The notes below the pieces were generated by a model. The model was not told where the DNA came from. It made no database searches and worked only from the letters and a program-made list of their open reading frames with translations. Source: a bacterium (GTDB taxonomy: Bacteria; Patescibacteriota; Patescibacteriia; S139-126). From it: a stretch of 57,450 bases of DNA. The stretch covers positions 1 to 57,450 of the forward strand of contig DAOUWZ010000004.1 in assembly GCA_030666865.1 (NCBI GenBank). The letters are read 5' to 3'. Shown here in pieces: positions 34,667-44,244 of this stretch. Position 1 is the stretch's first letter, and each line of letters opens with the position of its first letter. A program made the position numbers and the translations under genes.

Positions 34667-34784
34667 CACCAAGCATAATTATTGAATAATATAAGTTTAA
34701 ATTAATAAAATATTAACGACTGGGTAAAACCCTTACTTTTTGTTTAGAGTAATTGGGGTCGTTGATTCTAAAGGAAATAAAAAT

Positions 34785-35975
34785 ATGGCAGAACAGTTTG
34801 ATCGCTCAAAAGAGCATGTTAATGTAGGTACAATTGGTCACGTTGATCATGGTAAAACTACATTGACAGCAGCTATCTTAAAGACATTAAGTACAAAAGG
34901 TAAAGCTGCCCAAGATAAATCAGTAGATCAGATTGATAACGCTCCAGAAGAGAAAGAGCGTGGTATTACTATTGCTACTGCTCATGTGGAGTATGAGTCA
35001 GATAAACGTCATTATGCTCATGTAGATTGTCCTGGGCATGCTGATTATGTAAAAAATATGATTACTGGTGCCGCTCAAATGGACGGTGCTATTTTAGTAG
35101 TCGCAGCAACTGATGGCCCTATGCCTCAGACAAGAGAACATATTTTACTTGCTAAACAAGTAGGTGTTCCTTACATTGTGGTCTTTTTAAATAAAATTGA
35201 TCAGGTTGATGACCCAGAGTTAATTGATTTGGTTGAAGAAGAAGTTAGAGATTTGTTGAAAAAATATGAATTCCCAGGAGATAAAACTCCGATTATTAGA
35301 GGCAGTGCTTTGAAAGCTTTGGAAAATTCAAATGATGAAGAAGCAACTAAGCCAATCATGGAATTGATTGATGCTTTGGATAATTATGTGCCAACTCCAG
35401 TCAGGGATGTTGATAAGGCATTTTTAATGCCTGTTGAAGATATTTTTTCAATTGAAGGTAGGGGAACTGTGGTTACAGGCAGAATTGAAAGAGGTATTGT
35501 AAATGTTGGGGAAGAAATTGAAATAGTTGGTATTAGAGATACTCAAAAAACAATAGTTACAGGTGTAGAGATGTTTAACAAGACTTTAGATCAGGGTCAG
35601 GCTGGTGACAATGCCGGTATTTTACTCAGAGGTACCAAAAAAGAAGAAGTTGAAAGAGGACAAGTTTTATGTAAGCCTGGCAGTATTACTCCTCATACTG
35701 AAATTGAAGCTGAAGTTTATATTTTATCCAAAGAAGAAGGTGGTAGGCACACTCCGTTTTTTAATGGTTATAAACCACAGTTTTATATTCGTACCACAGA
35801 TGTTACTGGTGATGTAATCTTACCAGAAGGTACTGAAATGGTAATGCCTGGTGATACTGTTAATTTGAAAATTAAATTGATTGTACCGGTTGCTCTTGAA
35901 GAAAAACAAAGATTTGCTATCCGTGAAGGCGGTAGGACAGTAGGTGCTGGTGCTGTGACCAAGATTGTTAAATAA
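34785..35975 (+). CDS. tuf: Elongation factor Tu
   Basis: The ATG at 34785 gives the canonical [26 protein letters not shown]. The track start at 34740 is an upstream TTG. Confidence 0.97.
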   Translation: MAEQFDRSKEHVNVGTIGHVDHGKTTLTAAILKTLSTKGKAAQDKSVDQIDNAPEEKERGITIATAHVEYESDKRHYAHVDCPGHADYVKNMITGAAQMDGAILVVAATDGPMPQTREHILLAKQVGVPYIVVFLNKIDQVDDPELIDLVEEEVRDLLKKYEFPGDKTPIIRGSALKALENSNDEEATKPIMELIDALDNYVPTPVRDVDKAFLMPVEDIFSIEGRGTVVTGRIERGIVNVGEEIEIVGIRDTQKTIVTGVEMFNKTLDQGQAGDNAGILLRGTKKEEVERGQVLCKPGSITPHTEIEAEVYILSKEEGGRHTPFFNGYKPQFYIRTTDVTGDVILPEGTEMVMPGDTVNLKIKLIVPVALEEKQRFAIREGGRTVGAGAVTKIVK

Positions 35976-36077
35976 TTTTGATTTTAGTTTAAGTCCCTCA
36001 CTTATGTGAAGTGGGGGATATAAGTGGAATTAAATTTTTGTAAAGAAGTCTAAAACCACAAAGATTAATAAAAAATC

Positions 36078-36437
36078 ATGGTAGAAACTAAGACAGAAAC
36101 TAAGAAAACGGTAAAGGCGACTGAAGAAGATCAGAAGTCACGAATTAGGATTAAAATTAAGGCTTACGATCATAAAGTTATTGATCAAGCAGCTAAAAAA
36201 ATATTGGAAACGGCTGAGCGGAATGGTGCAGTGATTGCTGGTCCGGTACCGTTGCCTACTGCCAAGAAAAAATTCACAGTCCTTAATTCCACATTTGTTC
36301 ATAAAGATTCGCGTGATCAATATGAAATGCGAATTCACAAAAGATTAATAGATATTTTTGAACCAACTCCAAAAATAATAGAATCGCTTTCAAGTTTGAA
36401 TTTGCCAGCTGGAGTTGATATAGAGATAAAGATGTAA
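36078..36437 (+). CDS. rpsJ: 30S ribosomal protein S10 (N-terminally extended)
   Basis: [15 protein letters not shown] core preceded by an extra ~17-aa Lys/Thr/Glu-rich N-terminus. Confidence 0.95.
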   Translation: MVETKTETKKTVKATEEDQKSRIRIKIKAYDHKVIDQAAKKILETAERNGAVIAGPVPLPTAKKKFTVLNSTFVHKDSRDQYEMRIHKRLIDIFEPTPKIIESLSSLNLPAGVDIEIKM

Positions 36438-36559
36438 ATTTTCATTTGGTAAAGATCTAGTATCAATTTCTAGAAAACTATCAAAAGAATATATTATATT
36501 TTTAGAAAGGTTAAAAAAAGCATATACAATTCTGGAAAAGAAAATCATTTTTTCAGAAG

Positions 36560-36647
36560 CCGATCCACCTAGTTACTTTATATATATTATTAGACTAATT
36601 ACGCGACAAGTCTAATAATAGAGTAAGTAGGTGGAACGGTTTTTGTT
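36560..36647 (+). repeat. Long imperfect hairpin plus T-run (terminator-like) in the rpsJ-rplC spacer, with a nested copy of the TAGACT...AGTCTA element
   Basis: CCGATCCACCTAGTTACTT... pairs with ...AGTAAGTAGGTGGAACGG, followed by TTTTTGTTT. The inner sequence is TTATTAGACTAATTACGCGACAAGTCTAATAA. Confidence 0.7.
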
Positions 36648-36703
36648 TATAAAAATTTGATTAATCATTTATTTATAGAACAAGTTTAAGTTAAAAAAAT
36701 TTA

Positions 36704-37543
36704 ATGTCAAAGCAAGAAAATAAAAATAAGAATTTTATTTTAGGTCAAAAACAGTCAATGACCAAAGTTTTTAATGCTAAAGGCGAAGCAGTGCCAGTTA
36801 CAATTGTAATGGCGGGTCCTTGCCGTGTTATTCAAGTAAAAAATGACAATAAGGAAGAATATCGGGCTGTGCAACTTGGTTTTGGCAAAAAAAATAAATT
36901 AACCAAATCTTTGCTTGGGCATATGAAAGGAATGCCGAATTTTAGATATATTCGCGAATTTAAGTATAAAATTGGTGAGTTGCCAGCAGGTTTAGAAAAA
37001 GGCAAAGAAATAAAAGTAGATACTTTTAGCGTAGGCGAGAGAGTAAAAGTTATTGGTATTGGTAAAGGTAAGGGTTTTCAAGGAGTAGTAAAAAGACATG
37101 GTTTTCATGGTAGTCCAGCATCGCATGGCCATAAAGATCAGTTGAGAATGCCGGGTTCAATTGGAGCTACTGACGCTGCCAGAGTATTCAAAGGTACAAA
37201 AATGGGCGGTCGTATGGGTGGCAGACAAGTTACAGTAAGTAATTTGGAGATTGTAAAAATTGATGTTGATAACAATTTGCTTTATTTGAAAGGGGCTGTC
37301 CCGGGAGTGAGAAAAGGATTTTTAAAAATTGAAGGATCGGGTGAGTTAAAATTTGACAATGCTAGTAAAACAGAGACAAGTGACAAAGGGCAACAAACAA
37401 AAGGCGAGCGACAAGAGATAGAAAATACAAAATTTTCCGTTTCACAAGGTGAAGCAGGGCAGGAGGTAAAAACAGATAATGGACAGGATGCCAGTAAGAA
37501 GCGACAAGACACAAAAAACAAGAATACAGACAAAACGAGATAA
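36704..37543 (+). CDS. rplC: 50S ribosomal protein L3 (C-terminally extended)
   Basis: L3 core (FQGVVKRHGFHG..ASHG) plus a ~65-aa K/Q/E/T-rich tail. Confidence 0.95.
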   Translation: MSKQENKNKNFILGQKQSMTKVFNAKGEAVPVTIVMAGPCRVIQVKNDNKEEYRAVQLGFGKKNKLTKSLLGHMKGMPNFRYIREFKYKIGELPAGLEKGKEIKVDTFSVGERVKVIGIGKGKGFQGVVKRHGFHGSPASHGHKDQLRMPGSIGATDAARVFKGTKMGGRMGGRQVTVSNLEIVKIDVDNNLLYLKGAVPGVRKGFLKIEGSGELKFDNASKTETSDKGQQTKGERQEIENTKFSVSQGEAGQEVKTDNGQDASKKRQDTKNKNTDKTR

Positions 37544-37634
37544 AGTAATTAAGTTTTAGACATTTGAATTTAGATATTAGAATTTAGGATTTATTAAAGT
37601 GTTTATACTATATATTAACCACTAGATACTATTT

Positions 37635-38264
37635 ATGGCAAAAGTTAAAGTATACAATTCAGAGGGCGAGGAAGTAAAAGAAAAGAAACTTTCAGCTAAA
37701 ATTTTTGAACATAAAATAAATCCAGAAGTTATTCATGATGTAGTGGTTGCTATGGAAGCTAATAAGAGAATACCATATGCTCATACTAAAGGCAGAAGTG
37801 AAGTTCGGGGCGGAGGAAAAAAACCTTGGCGGCAAAAAGGTACAGGCAGAGCTCGTCACGGATCTAGTCGTTCGCCTTTATGGAGCGGCGGCGGCGTAAC
37901 CTTTGGTCCTACTAGCGAAAGAAATTATAAAAAGAAAATAAATAAAAAGGTAAAGCAAGCCGCTTTGTTTATGATATTGACTGATAAGTTAAATGAACAA
38001 GCTATGTGTGTTATTGACAAGATAGATTTAAAAGAAATGAAAACAAAAAAATTTTTAGAGATTATCAATGTTTTACCAGTTAAAGAAAAAAAGACATTAG
38101 TTATAATTGCCGATCCAGATGTCAAAGTAGAAAAATCAGCTAGAAATTTACCAAAGGTAAAAATGATAAAATCACAAAATATTAATATTTTGGATTTATT
38201 ATCTTATTCTGGAGTATTGTTTACCGAAAAAGCAATTGATTCATTAGAAAAGATTTATTCATAA
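37635..38264 (+). CDS. rplD: 50S ribosomal protein L4
   Basis: GGGKKPWRQKGTGRARHGS. Confidence 0.95.
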   Translation: MAKVKVYNSEGEEVKEKKLSAKIFEHKINPEVIHDVVVAMEANKRIPYAHTKGRSEVRGGGKKPWRQKGTGRARHGSSRSPLWSGGGVTFGPTSERNYKKKINKKVKQAALFMILTDKLNEQAMCVIDKIDLKEMKTKKFLEIINVLPVKEKKTLVIIADPDVKVEKSARNLPKVKMIKSQNINILDLLSYSGVLFTEKAIDSLEKIYS

Positions 38265-38267
38265 AAT

Positions 38268-38741
38268 ATGAAGATTAAAGATTTATTTAAAAAAGAAAAT
38301 AAAGACGAATTAGATAAGCCAGTTGTAAAAACAGATAAGACTGAAGCGGTTGATATTGATAAAAATATTAAACCAGACGATAGTAAAACAAGTAAGGCTA
38401 CAAAACCAGTAATTGATAAAAAACAAGTTAAAGACCTAAAGAACAAAAAAGGATTGGATATATCATATAGAGTATTGCTAAAGCCGTTGGTGACTGAAAA
38501 AGGTTCTTCACAGGTGGCTTTGGGCAAATATTTATTTATGGTAGCGCTTGATGCCAATAAGATTATGATAGCCAAAGCAGTTGAAAGAACATATGGAGTA
38601 AAAGTATCACGTGTTAATATAATGAATTATTCAGGCAAAAGAGTGAAACGCGGTAGAGTTTCAGGAAAACGAAAAGATTGGAAAAAAGCTATCGTGACTT
38701 TGAAAAAAGGTCAAACTATTGAAGTATTTAAAGGAGTATAA
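38268..38741 (+). CDS. rplW: 50S ribosomal protein L23 (N-terminally extended)
   Basis: The L23 core starts near YRVLLKPLVTEKG. It is preceded by about 60 aa of Lys/Asp-rich sequence. Confidence 0.9.
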   Translation: MKIKDLFKKENKDELDKPVVKTDKTEAVDIDKNIKPDDSKTSKATKPVIDKKQVKDLKNKKGLDISYRVLLKPLVTEKGSSQVALGKYLFMVALDANKIMIAKAVERTYGVKVSRVNIMNYSGKRVKRGRVSGKRKDWKKAIVTLKKGQTIEVFKGV

Positions 38742-38743
38742 TT

Positions 38744-39583
38744 ATGGTAATTGTTAAATACAAACCAACCACCCCGGGCAGACGTTTATCATCAGTAAAC
38801 AGAAATAGTGATTTAGTCAAACCGAAGCAGAGGAGTTTGCTTAAAAGTAAGAAAAGTTCTTCGGGCAGAAATAATCAAGGTAAAATAACTATTCGTCGTA
38901 GAGGTGGCGGAGCAAAAAGGCATTATCGCATCATTGATTTTAAGCGTGATAAATTTGATATACCAGCAAAAGTTGTGGCATTGGAATATGATCCAAATCG
39001 AAGTGCTAATATTGCTTTCTTGCAGTATGCTGATGGAGATAAGAGATACATTATTGCTGGTCAAGGCTTGAAAGTAGGACAAGTAATTTTATCTAGCAAT
39101 AAAAAAATTGACATTAAGACTGGTAATAATATGCCACTTGAATATATTCCAGCTGGACAAGTATTGAATAGTGTTGAATTGATTCCTGGTGCGGGAGCCA
39201 AGTTGGCTCGTAGCGCTGGTAATGAGATAATATTGATGGGCAGGGAAAAAGGAATGGCTCAATTGAAAATGCCATCAAGTGAGATACGTCTTATTCCAGA
39301 AGGTTGTAGAGCAACATTGGGAGAGGTTGGTAATGCAGAACATGGTAATATTAGATGGGGTAAAGCTGGAAGAATGAGACATCGTGGCAAACGCCCACAA
39401 GTAAGAGGTAAAGCTATGAATCCAGTAGATCATCCGCATGGCGGTGGTGAAGGTAGTCAGCCTATTGGCATGAAACATCCAAAGACCAAATGGGGTAAGC
39501 CAGCCTTGGGAGTTAAAACTAGAAAGAAAAATAAAGCTAGTAACAGATTGATATTAAAAAGAAGAAAAACTAAGAAAAGATAA
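38744..39583 (+). CDS. rplB: 50S ribosomal protein L2
   Basis: GRNNQGKITIRRRGGG...MNPVDHPHGGGEG. Confidence 0.97.
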   Translation: MVIVKYKPTTPGRRLSSVNRNSDLVKPKQRSLLKSKKSSSGRNNQGKITIRRRGGGAKRHYRIIDFKRDKFDIPAKVVALEYDPNRSANIAFLQYADGDKRYIIAGQGLKVGQVILSSNKKIDIKTGNNMPLEYIPAGQVLNSVELIPGAGAKLARSAGNEIILMGREKGMAQLKMPSSEIRLIPEGCRATLGEVGNAEHGNIRWGKAGRMRHRGKRPQVRGKAMNPVDHPHGGGEGSQPIGMKHPKTKWGKPALGVKTRKKNKASNRLILKRRKTKKR

Positions 39584-39609
39584 ACTAGTATATTGTATAT
39601 AGTAGATAG

Positions 39610-39629
39610 CCTGCCTGCCGGCAGGCAGG
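39610..39629. repeat. P1-family 20-bp GC palindrome in the rplB-rpsS spacer
   Basis: CCTGCCTGCCGGCAGGCAGG, exact. Confidence 0.95.
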
Positions 39630-39713
39630 TATGTAGCAAAAATATGAACAGTGAAGACAAACTAATCTTATATACTACCTATATACTATATACTAAATAC
39701 TAAATACAAAAAT

Positions 39714-40004
39714 ATGAGTAGAAGTTTAAAAAAAGGTCCATTTGTTGATGAAAAATTATTAAAAAAGATTTCAAAGGCAAAAGATACTGGAGACAAAAAG
39801 CCGATTAAGACATGGTCTAGAAGTAGCACCATCATTCCTGAAATGGTGGGCATGAATTTCGCGGTTCATAATGGTAAGGCACATTTACCTGTGTTTGTTG
39901 TTGAAAATATGGTTGGCCATAAATTGGGAGAGTTTTCTCCTACTAGAAAATTTGTTAAGCATGGCGGTAAGATGCAAAAAGAACAGGATAAATCTGGTAA
40001 ATAA
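39714..40004 (+). CDS. rpsS: 30S ribosomal protein S19
   Basis: [11 protein letters not shown]...VHNGK...VGHKLGEF. Confidence 0.97.
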   Translation: MSRSLKKGPFVDEKLLKKISKAKDTGDKKPIKTWSRSSTIIPEMVGMNFAVHNGKAHLPVFVVENMVGHKLGEFSPTRKFVKHGGKMQKEQDKSGK

Positions 40005-40014
40005 TTAAATTTAT

Positions 40015-40560
40015 ATGAAAGAAATAAAAGCAAAATTAAGATATTCCAGAATATCACCAAGAAAAACAAGGTTGTTGGTTGATGTTGTTAGAGGTTTGCC
40101 GGTAGTAAAAGCTGAATCACAGTTAAAGTTTAGAAGGTTAAAAGCAACACCAATTGTTTTGAAACTTTTAAAGAGCGCTATTGCTAATGCTGAACATAAT
40201 GAGAAATTGAAAAAGAGTAATTTATATATAAAAAAAATATCAGTTGACGGTGGTCCAGTTTTGAAGAGATTTACGCCAAAAGCTTTTGGTAGAGCTGGAT
40301 CAATTAGAAAGCCAACTAGTCATATTGAGATTGTTTTAGCGGAAATTAAACCAAGTGAAGATAAAAAAGAAACAAGGGATCTGCCTGCTCCGACAGAAGT
40401 CGCGAGTCATCGGATCGGCAGGCACGGCAAAAAAGCAAAAGAAACTTCAAAAAAAGATATTGTAAAAAAACAAAGCACAATGAATAATAAAACAAAAAAA
40501 ATAACAAGCAATAAAGAAAGAAAGAGTATAGATACTAAAAAAACTAAACAAAAAAAATAA
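40015..40560 (+). CDS. rplV: 50S ribosomal protein L22 (C-terminally extended)
   Basis: L22 core extends to ...HIEIVLAE, followed by a ~65-aa Lys-rich tail. Confidence 0.93.
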   Translation: MKEIKAKLRYSRISPRKTRLLVDVVRGLPVVKAESQLKFRRLKATPIVLKLLKSAIANAEHNEKLKKSNLYIKKISVDGGPVLKRFTPKAFGRAGSIRKPTSHIEIVLAEIKPSEDKKETRDLPAPTEVASHRIGRHGKKAKETSKKDIVKKQSTMNNKTKKITSNKERKSIDTKKTKQKK

Positions 40561-40572
40561 TTATATAAAACA

Positions 40573-41223
40573 ATGGGACAGAAAGTTAATCCAAAAATTT
40601 TTAGAATGGGCATAACTATGCACTGGCCATCAAAATGGTTTAGTACGGTTGATTATGCAAAAAATTTGAAAGAAGATGTGCAAATTCGTAAATTGTTGAG
40701 AACCAAACTCAAAGAAGCAGGATTAGCTCTGATTGAAATTGAAAGATTTGTGGGCAAAATAGATGTAAATTTGCATGCTGCTAAGCCAGGATTGATTATT
40801 GGTAAGGGCGGAAAGGCTGTTGAAGATTTAAAGAAGGAAGTTATAAAAAAAGTTTTGTCTAATGAAAAAATATTGCTTAATATAAATATCCAAGAAGTCT
40901 CAAAGCCAAATTTGTCATCTGAAATAGTATTACAGAATATGGCCGGGGAAATTGAGCGTCGTATGCCTTATCGTAGAGTAATGAAACGAGCTATGGATTT
41001 GGTTAGAAAAGCTGGTGCCCAAGGCGTAAAAGTACAGGTGGCAGGTAGATTAAACGGAGCAGAAATTGCCCGAACGGAAATATTATCAGATGGTAAAATT
41101 CCATTACATACTATGAGAGCTGATATTGATTATGCTAGAGGTGTTGCCAGAACGACCTATGGTGTAATTGGAATAAAAGTTTGGATTTATAAGGGAGAAA
41201 TATTTAAAAAGAATAATAAATAA
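40573..41223 (+). CDS. rpsC: 30S ribosomal protein S3
   Basis: MGQKVNPKIFR and KH domain. Confidence 0.97.
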   Translation: MGQKVNPKIFRMGITMHWPSKWFSTVDYAKNLKEDVQIRKLLRTKLKEAGLALIEIERFVGKIDVNLHAAKPGLIIGKGGKAVEDLKKEVIKKVLSNEKILLNINIQEVSKPNLSSEIVLQNMAGEIERRMPYRRVMKRAMDLVRKAGAQGVKVQVAGRLNGAEIARTEILSDGKIPLHTMRADIDYARGVARTTYGVIGIKVWIYKGEIFKKNNK

Positions 41224-41226
41224 TAT

Positions 41227-41637
41227 ATGTTAGCGCCGAAGAAAGTAAAACATAGAAAATGGCATAAAGGCAGAATTAGAGGAAAGGCTACTAGTGGAGA
41301 AAAATTGAGTTTTGGGGCGTATGGCTTAAAAGCTCAAGAACCAAAGTGGATAACTTCACGGCAAATTGAATCCGCCCGTAGAGCTATTACCAGGTATGTA
41401 CAACGTGGTGGTAAAATTTGGATTAGGATTTTTCCTGATAAGCCAGTTACAGCCAAAGGAAATGAGATGCCTATGGGAAAAGGTAAGGGCGCAGTTGATC
41501 ATTATGTTGCTGTTGTAAAGCCGGGTACAGTTTTATTTGAAATGGATGGGATTGACGTAGAAATTGCTCGTGAAGCTCTGCGCCTGGCATCACATAAATT
41601 ACCATGTAAAACAAAATTTATTACCAAAGAATTATAG
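41227..41637 (+). CDS. rplP: 50S ribosomal protein L16
   Basis: [11 protein letters not shown]...MGKGKG. Confidence 0.97.
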   Translation: MLAPKKVKHRKWHKGRIRGKATSGEKLSFGAYGLKAQEPKWITSRQIESARRAITRYVQRGGKIWIRIFPDKPVTAKGNEMPMGKGKGAVDHYVAVVKPGTVLFEMDGIDVEIAREALRLASHKLPCKTKFITKEL

Positions 41638-41641
41638 AGAT

Positions 41642-41872
41642 ATGAAGATAAAAGATTTAAAATTAAAAAACGAAACCGATTTGCAAAAGTTGCTAGCTGA
41701 AAAAAGAGAACGGTTATTGAATTTAAGGTTTCAAGTGTCATCTGATCAGCATAAGCAAGTTAGAGAAATTCGTGATGCTAAAAAAACTATTGCTAGGATT
41801 CTGACATTATTAAATAATAAGGGTTTGCTTAAAAAGAAAGAAAATAGTACCTTGGTAGATGAAAATAAATAA
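41642..41872 (+). CDS. rpmC: 50S ribosomal protein L29
   Basis: The ATG at 41642 (MKIKDLKLKNETDLQKLLAEKRERLLNLRFQ) is preferred. The track ORF start at 41564 overlaps rplP. Confidence 0.9.
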   Translation: MKIKDLKLKNETDLQKLLAEKRERLLNLRFQVSSDQHKQVREIRDAKKTIARILTLLNNKGLLKKKENSTLVDENK

Positions 41873-41896
41873 ATTAAACAGTTTATAGATTTGATT

Positions 41897-42178
41897 ATGG
41901 AAAATAAATCAACAACAGAAAATACAACCAAAAAAAACAAGGAAAAAATAATTAGAAAACTTCAAGGTGAAATTGTTTCAGACAAATCTGACAAAATGAT
42001 TGTAGTATTAGTAACTAGAGTGAAAATACATCCAAAGTATGGAAAGCGTTATAAAGTTTCTAAGAAGTTTCATGTACATGATCCTAAAAATCAATATAAA
42101 GTTGGTGAAATTGTAGAATTTAAGGAAATTAGACCAATTTCCAAAACCAAAAAATGGATTGTAATTAAGAAAGTATAA
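41897..42178 (+). CDS. rpsQ: 30S ribosomal protein S17
   Basis: [19 protein letters not shown]...HPKYGK. The start is either ATG 41897 or TTG 41891. Confidence 0.9.
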   Translation: MENKSTTENTTKKNKEKIIRKLQGEIVSDKSDKMIVVLVTRVKIHPKYGKRYKVSKKFHVHDPKNQYKVGEIVEFKEIRPISKTKKWIVIKKV

Positions 42179-42179
42179 T

Positions 42180-42551
42180 ATGATACAAGTAGGAACAAGA
42201 TTAAAAGTGGCGGATAATTCGGGTGCAAAAAGAGTGCAATGTTTTCGTATTCTTAAAGGTACTAGACATAGATATGCTGGTATTGGAGATTTAATTGTTG
42301 TGTCAGCCAAAGAAGTCCAATCTCATTCACAAGTGAAAAAAGGTGATATTTTAACGGCAGTAGTGGTTAGGACTCGCCAAAATATTAGTAGAAAAGATGG
42401 TACTACTTTGCGTTTTGATGAAAATGCAGTAGTCATTATAGATAGAAAAAATAAAGAGCCAAAAGCAACTCGTATTTTTGGTCCAGTAGCTAGAGAATTA
42501 AAGGATAAAGGATTTAATAAAATCGTTTCTTTAGCTCCGGAAGTGTTGTAG
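42180..42551 (+). CDS. rplN: 50S ribosomal protein L14
   Basis: [17 protein letters not shown]. Confidence 0.97.
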   Translation: MIQVGTRLKVADNSGAKRVQCFRILKGTRHRYAGIGDLIVVSAKEVQSHSQVKKGDILTAVVVRTRQNISRKDGTTLRFDENAVVIIDRKNKEPKATRIFGPVARELKDKGFNKIVSLAPEVL

Positions 42552-42715
42552 TAGACTTGTTATGTAATTATTTTTTACTATAATTCCCAAATTTTGGTCA
42601 AATTATTCAAAAATTTTTTCAGCTTAAGCTTCTAGCTAAACTTCAAAAATTGTTTGAAAAATTATAACTCAAAATTTGAAAATTTAGCTACAAAACTAAT
42701 TACATAACAAGTCTA
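42552..42715. mobile_element. MITE-like element with perfect 19-bp terminal inverted repeats, filling the rplN-rplX spacer
   Basis: The left TIR TAGACTTGTTATGTAATTA (42552-42570) starts immediately after the rplN TAG stop. The right TIR TAATTACATAACAAGTCTA (42697-42715) is its exact reverse complement. The interior has no ORF. Confidence 0.5.
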
Positions 42716-42731
42716 ATAAGATTATAAATAT

Positions 42732-43040
42732 ATGAAAGTCAAAAAAGACGATATTGTGAAAATTAAATCAGGCAAGGATAAAGGCAAGCAAGGAAAGGTG
42801 ATGCAGGTTTTTCCGCATGAAGGTAAGGTAGTTGTTGAAAATATTAATATTAATAAGAGACACCTGCGTCCTCAGAAACAAGGTGAAGCCGGACAAGTGG
42901 TTGAATTTTCTGCGGCATTTGATGTAAGTAAAGTACAATTGGTTTGTCCAAAGTGTGGTAAGGTAACTAGAATTGGATGTACTTTAAGTGAGGATAAAAA
43001 GAAAACAAGGATTTGTAAAAAATGTAAATCTAGTATATAA
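42732..43040 (+). CDS. rplX: 50S ribosomal protein L24 (with a CxxC..CxxC zinc ribbon)
   Basis: KOW motif (KKDDIVKIKSGKDKGKQGKV) and CPKCGK...CKKCKS. Confidence 0.95.
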   Translation: MKVKKDDIVKIKSGKDKGKQGKVMQVFPHEGKVVVENININKRHLRPQKQGEAGQVVEFSAAFDVSKVQLVCPKCGKVTRIGCTLSEDKKKTRICKKCKSSI

Positions 43041-43044
43041 AATC

Positions 43045-43593
43045 ATGAATAATTTAAGAAAAAAATATAATGAAAAAATATTACCGGCTTTGAAGGAAGA
43101 GCTTGGTTTAAAGAATGTTATGGCTGTTCCGCGTATTGAAAAAGTAATTCTTAATATTGGGGTCGGCAAGGGCTTGAAGGACGAAAAATTCATTGATAAT
43201 GCTGAAGCTACTTTGGTTAGAATTACTGGACAAAAACCAGTCAGGACCAAGGCTCGTAAATCGATTTCTGCTTTTAAAATCAGAGAAGGTATGACAGTAG
43301 GATTAAAAGTTAGTTTACATGGTGATAAGATGTATGATTTTATTGAAAGATTGATTAATGTAAGTTTGCCTAGAGTAAGAGATTTTCAAGGATTGTCATT
43401 AAAAAGTTTTGATGGCCAGGGAAATTATACAATTGGGGTAAAAGAACATAATATATTTCCAGAAATAAAAGCTGATGAGATTGAGAATTTACATGGTCTT
43501 GAGATTGTTATAACAACTACAGTTAAGGATGATGAAGTAGCAAAAAAACTTTTTTTAGCTTTAGGTTTTCCATTTAAGATTAATAATAAGTAA
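43045..43593 (+). CDS. rplE: 50S ribosomal protein L5
   Basis: ATG at 43045 ([21 protein letters not shown]). The track start at 42988 overlaps rplX. Confidence 0.95.
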   Translation: MNNLRKKYNEKILPALKEELGLKNVMAVPRIEKVILNIGVGKGLKDEKFIDNAEATLVRITGQKPVRTKARKSISAFKIREGMTVGLKVSLHGDKMYDFIERLINVSLPRVRDFQGLSLKSFDGQGNYTIGVKEHNIFPEIKADEIENLHGLEIVITTTVKDDEVAKKLFLALGFPFKINNK

Positions 43594-43595
43594 AT

Positions 43596-43790
43596 ATGGC
43601 TACGAAAGCACAAATTGCAAAATCAAAAAAATCACTTGTTAATCCAAAGTTTTCTACTAGAGTAGTAAGAAGATGTTGGCGTTGCGGAAGAAAACGTGCA
43701 TATATGAGAGATTTTGATCTTTGTCGCATTTGTTTTAGAGAATTGGCAAGTAAGGGAGAAATTCCTGGTGTTAAAAAGAGTAGTTGGTAG
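43596..43790 (+). CDS. rpsN: 30S ribosomal protein S14, type Z (zinc-binding)
   Basis: 64 aa with CWRCGR...CRICFRE. Confidence 0.95.
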   Translation: MATKAQIAKSKKSLVNPKFSTRVVRRCWRCGRKRAYMRDFDLCRICFRELASKGEIPGVKKSSW

Positions 43791-43800
43791 TAGACTTGTT
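43791..43800 (+). repeat. Solo left-arm fragment of the TAGACTTGTT element, directly after the rpsN stop
   Basis: GTAGTAGACTTGTT (43787-43800) equals GTAGTAGACTTGTT at 42548-42561, which includes the rplN stop. Confidence 0.7.
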
Positions 43801-43850
43801 GCATAATATAATTAATTAATTTTTTATAAAAAATATTTAAGTAAAGATAT

Positions 43851-44237
43851 ATGACAGATCCTATCGCAGACATGTTAACAAGAATACGTAATTCTATGGC
43901 CGTAAAGAAGTCGGAAGTTTCAATTCCTGCTTCTAAGTTAAAGGTGAAATTGGCAGAAATAATGAAGCAAGAGGGCTATATAAACAGTTATAGTGTTAAT
44001 GAAAATTCAAAAATTTTAAAAGTTAATTTGAAGTATACTCCTTCAGGCAAATCTGCTATTTCTTATTTGCAAAGAGTCTCTAAACCTGGTCGAAGAGTTT
44101 ACTGTGGACATGAAAATTTACCAAAGATTTTGAATGGTTTAGGAATTTCCGTTATTTCAACTTCACATGGGTTGATTACTGCCAGAGAGGCAAAACGAAA
44201 GAAAATTGGCGGTGAAGTAATTTGTCAGATTTATTAA
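43851..44237 (+). CDS. rpsH: 30S ribosomal protein S8
   Basis: MTDPIADMLTRIRN. Confidence 0.97.
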   Translation: MTDPIADMLTRIRNSMAVKKSEVSIPASKLKVKLAEIMKQEGYINSYSVNENSKILKVNLKYTPSGKSAISYLQRVSKPGRRVYCGHENLPKILNGLGISVISTSHGLITAREAKRKKIGGEVICQIY

Positions 44238-44244
44238 TAATAAT

